From Paraspadella gotoi (lineage: Eukaryota > Animalia > Chaetognatha), in contig CM119265.1 of the NCBI GenBank assembly GCA_051294375.1, positions 11,781,818 to 11,845,817 of the forward strand: DNA of 64,000 nt, written 5' to 3'. The notes below the pieces were generated by a model. It ran no database searches. It saw nothing but the letters and a program-made list of their open reading frames with translations, and had not been told where the DNA came from. Every line of letters starts with the position of its first letter. Within the stretch, counting starts at the first letter, position 1. Shown piece after piece: positions 52,571 through 64,000 of this stretch. The translations under genes were made by a program, and so were the position numbers.

Positions 52571-53299
52571 TCACGTAGACATCGGCGTAGGTCCGGAAGA
52601 TTCAGAGGCAGCGGCGGTTGTCTCTGCGGCGGGGCGGGGCTGGGGCTGGGCGACGAGAGCGGGGGCATCCTCCAGCCTAATATCAGGTCCCATTCGCTGA
52701 CTGACGATTTTGCCGTAGCCTCCGCGACCGATGTCGTAGTCCGTACGATATTCGTCGCGCACTTGTCCGCCGGACTTTCCTCGTCCGTACTGCCGTCCTT
52801 CCTTGAAGCCGGCGTCCCAATCCGTACGGATGATACGGTCGTCGAGTCGAGTTCCGTTGATATATCTGCGGACAGCAAAGGAAGGACGACTGATTGACGA
52901 TTGACCGAACGAGTTTTTTCCCCCACTTCACTCGCGAACCTGAGGCAGTACTCGGCGTCCTTTCGCGTGTAATACTCGAGGAAACAAAAGCCGCAGGGCG
53001 TTTTTCTCACTTTGTCTAAACCCATGATGATCCGTTTGATATCGCCGCACTTGCTGAAAAGTTCGTGGATTTGTTCTTCTGTTGTGTAGAAGGAGAGATT
53101 TCCCACGTACAGCGTCGTTGAGAGTTTTAGTTGTCGTTCCTATCGAATTTGAATTGCAAATGTCAGTTTGGATTAAAAAGCTTTTCTCCCTCCAGAAGTT
53201 ACAAACCTGTTCATGAATGGATCCTTTAAATTGCTGGTCTCTGTAGGTGCTGAGGGCGGTGGAAGGCCCCTTTCCCGTTATGGCGGCTAAAGTAGCCAT
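52571..53299 (-). CDS. NCBP2: Nuclear cap-binding protein subunit 2 (CBP20); exons 53207-53299, 52940-53139, 52571-52865
   Basis: [109 protein letters not shown]. Confidence 0.96.
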
Positions 53300-53563
53300 A
53301 TGGAAAAACTTTTTTTATTTCTAAAACAAGAGGCGAAATTAACGATGATGAATAATAAATCATGAATAGTATGAAAAACATATTTATGTTGCTATGGGGC
53401 TACGAAAACACAAACTGGCGGAATTATGACAAGAAATAAAAAAGGACGTGACTTAGAATGGTTGGTGATGATTGATGTATAAACTAAATAATGGAAGTCG
53501 ATATCTAAAGCCAAAAATAGTGAAAATAGAGTGCGAAGTAAATCCGAACTGGAAAGCCGATTG

Positions 53564-61942
<8,379 letters not shown>

Positions 61943-63416
61943 CTGAAAAACGATTGAGGCAGTGATTTCTATCGAGGAATTCAGCAAAAAAACCGCTTTT
62001 TGCAATATTGCTAAAATATTACCTACAAAATTAATTAAATTTGAACCTTAAGGCAAAGTGTGCAAGACGACGGATTAATTGAAATCATCTCAAGCTTTTT
62101 CTAATCAAGAATCAATATCATTTTTGCTACTTTTAATAAAAAAAAATTATGTCCATTTTTGTCCATTTTGACTTTTGTCTTGAGATTTGAAAAAAAATTT
62201 TTACTTCGGTTTTCAGGTACTTTTTATCTTCCTTACCTCTGAGTCAGTTCATATTCAATTGAAAATCTATTGTTTGCCTTTGAATTAATTTTAAAATTGA
62301 CTAGACAAAAACTCACATTTTTAGTTTTTATTCCAATTTGTTAAACAAAAATAGTTTGATTTACTTACAATTCTAGGCAAATATTCCTTATCAACTGAGC
62401 TTCCAACAGCTAAAAAATTATGGCAAAATATTCAATACTTTGGCTGTAAAAAAATTTTTAAGCCAACTTTCAATTTGTGAGGTTTTGTTAGGTGCGTTTT
62501 TTTTTAACTAAAACTCGATTTTAAAATAATTTTATAGTTTCATCAGATAAGGCTAAGTCGAAAAATCTTTCCAAACTCAGTTTTTTATTAAATTGCAGTT
62601 GAAGTTGGTAAGTTAATTTTTGAGAAAATTTGATAACTTTTGTACTAATTTTACAAAATATAGACTCAATTCAAACATCTATATGTCAAACGATATCAGT
62701 AAACCGAGAGCTTTAATTTAAGACCACTCCCAACTTTCTCCGACTTTTGGTTAAAAAGTTATTAATCAAAATATATTATTTTTTCTTTAAAAAAGTAATG
62801 AAATGGTGAGTATTATTGAGAATATAATAAGACTTTAATCTAAAAAATTGAGGATACCAACGAGTTCTATAGACAGTCTTCTTTCAATTAATTCATAAAT
62901 AAAATTTTTCTTCAAGCTTAAGTGGAGGTGGTCGAGATAAAAATGGCGAACAAAATGAGATGAATCGATTTATTGAAATCAGAAAAGCGAATGGAATCGA
63001 ATTGGCTAATTGTACAAAGTGGCATTCATCTTTATACGGCGAGAGAGAGAAAATTTGGTTTACATTTGTAAAGTAAACAATTCTAAAAAATACTTCCAAA
63101 TAAGGTAACGTTTTGCGACCGGCGTTTGAACAGAGGGAGCAAAATATTTCTTAGCGGGCATTGGAATTTTTGAAGAATTCGGCCGGCGATTTTATTTACT
63201 TTCTTACTAATAATAATAATCAGGATCTCCACTCTTAAATATAGTTACATCATCCCCCAAAAAATTTAAAAAAATATAAATTAAATTTTTAAATAATTTA
63301 CCATAATGATTTTATATAATTTTACTTAATATATATGGACTAGAAACTATAGGATGTGACCTTCATTTTGAGCCTATTGCCAACTCTTTACAATAAATAT
63401 TTATTGAGATACTACC

Positions 63417-63637
63417 TTGTGTTTTTTCCTTTCTGTTTCGTTGTGATTTGATTTAGAACAAAGTTTGAAGAGAGATTTAACAACGATTTTTATTTCATAG
63501 TGAAACGGACATGTTTCGAGTTTTTGACTCACATACGAGTCGTCTTCAGCGCCAATTCAATTGAGTCGAAAACTCGAAACATGTCCGTTTCACTATGAAA
63601 TAAAAATCGTTGTTAAATCTTTCTTCAAACTTTGTTC
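63417..63637. mobile_element. Miniature palindromic hammerhead-bearing Penelope derivative (inside a KAT2A intron)
   Basis: ~75-bp inverted arms including GAAACATGTCC, 38-nt tail, 12-bp TSD TGAGATACTACC (63405-63416, 63638-63649). Confidence 0.8.
63505..63552 (-). ncRNA. Atypical hammerhead-like motif (core CTGAAGA, extra segment before GAAA)
   Basis: Reverse complement reads GCG-CTGAAGA-c-GACTC/GAGTC-aaaaactc-GAAA-CATG-TC-CGT. Confidence 0.5.
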
Positions 63638-64000
63638 TGAGATACTACCAAAAAAAGCCCCAAAAATCTTTAAAAAATGTAATTTTTAATTTATTTAAGT
63701 CATATCTCAGTGCATATATAACTTATTTTAAGTCAAATGATTTTATTCAGCAGATTAAAGAGTAAGGCATATATTAAATACCATTAGTTGTATTACTTTA
63801 TCATAATTTAATCAGGACACTCAATTTTCAGACAATTTTTACCAAATTTATATATACTTTTGATTTTTACAGCAACAAAGTACTAAAGCAGGTAAATAAA
63901 AATTGATTATAAAATCTGTAAGCCAAAAGACCTTAGAATGTATTATATTATATAGGTTTAAAATTTTTTCTCAAAGATTTAATGATATAATGACAATAAA

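Overview
AT-rich, repeat-dense eukaryotic (most likely invertebrate animal) genomic DNA with GC-richer exons and mostly short GT-AG introns. Nine host genes are recognisable and all lie on the minus strand. In transcription order they are KAT2A/GCN5-PCAF (5' end outside the window), NCBP2, a 3x CCHC zinc-knuckle ORF, TTC12, STX8, three tandem CNBP-like genes and RER1. The rest is mainly transposon DNA: a deleted Gypsy LTR element, Penelope-like elements carrying minimal hammerhead ribozymes, a decayed DIRS element, hAT and Tc1/mariner-type non-autonomous elements, Helentron (DINE-1-like) elements and a tRNA-derived SINE. Main observations: (1) after removing TSD-bounded insertions, eight co-oriented genes sit about 260-850 bp apart, suggesting a transposon-inflated operon-like array; (2) three palindromic hammerhead-containing insertions share one architecture (12-13 bp TSD, inverted arms, one-sided 33-39 nt tail); (3) one CNBP-like gene appears to have a ~16 kb nested-TE intron that is ~60 bp in its paralog, and the middle paralog is a chimera; (4) the DIRS empty site reconstructs as a recombinase-like palindrome. 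Gene models and coordinates were read by eye, with no searches run.
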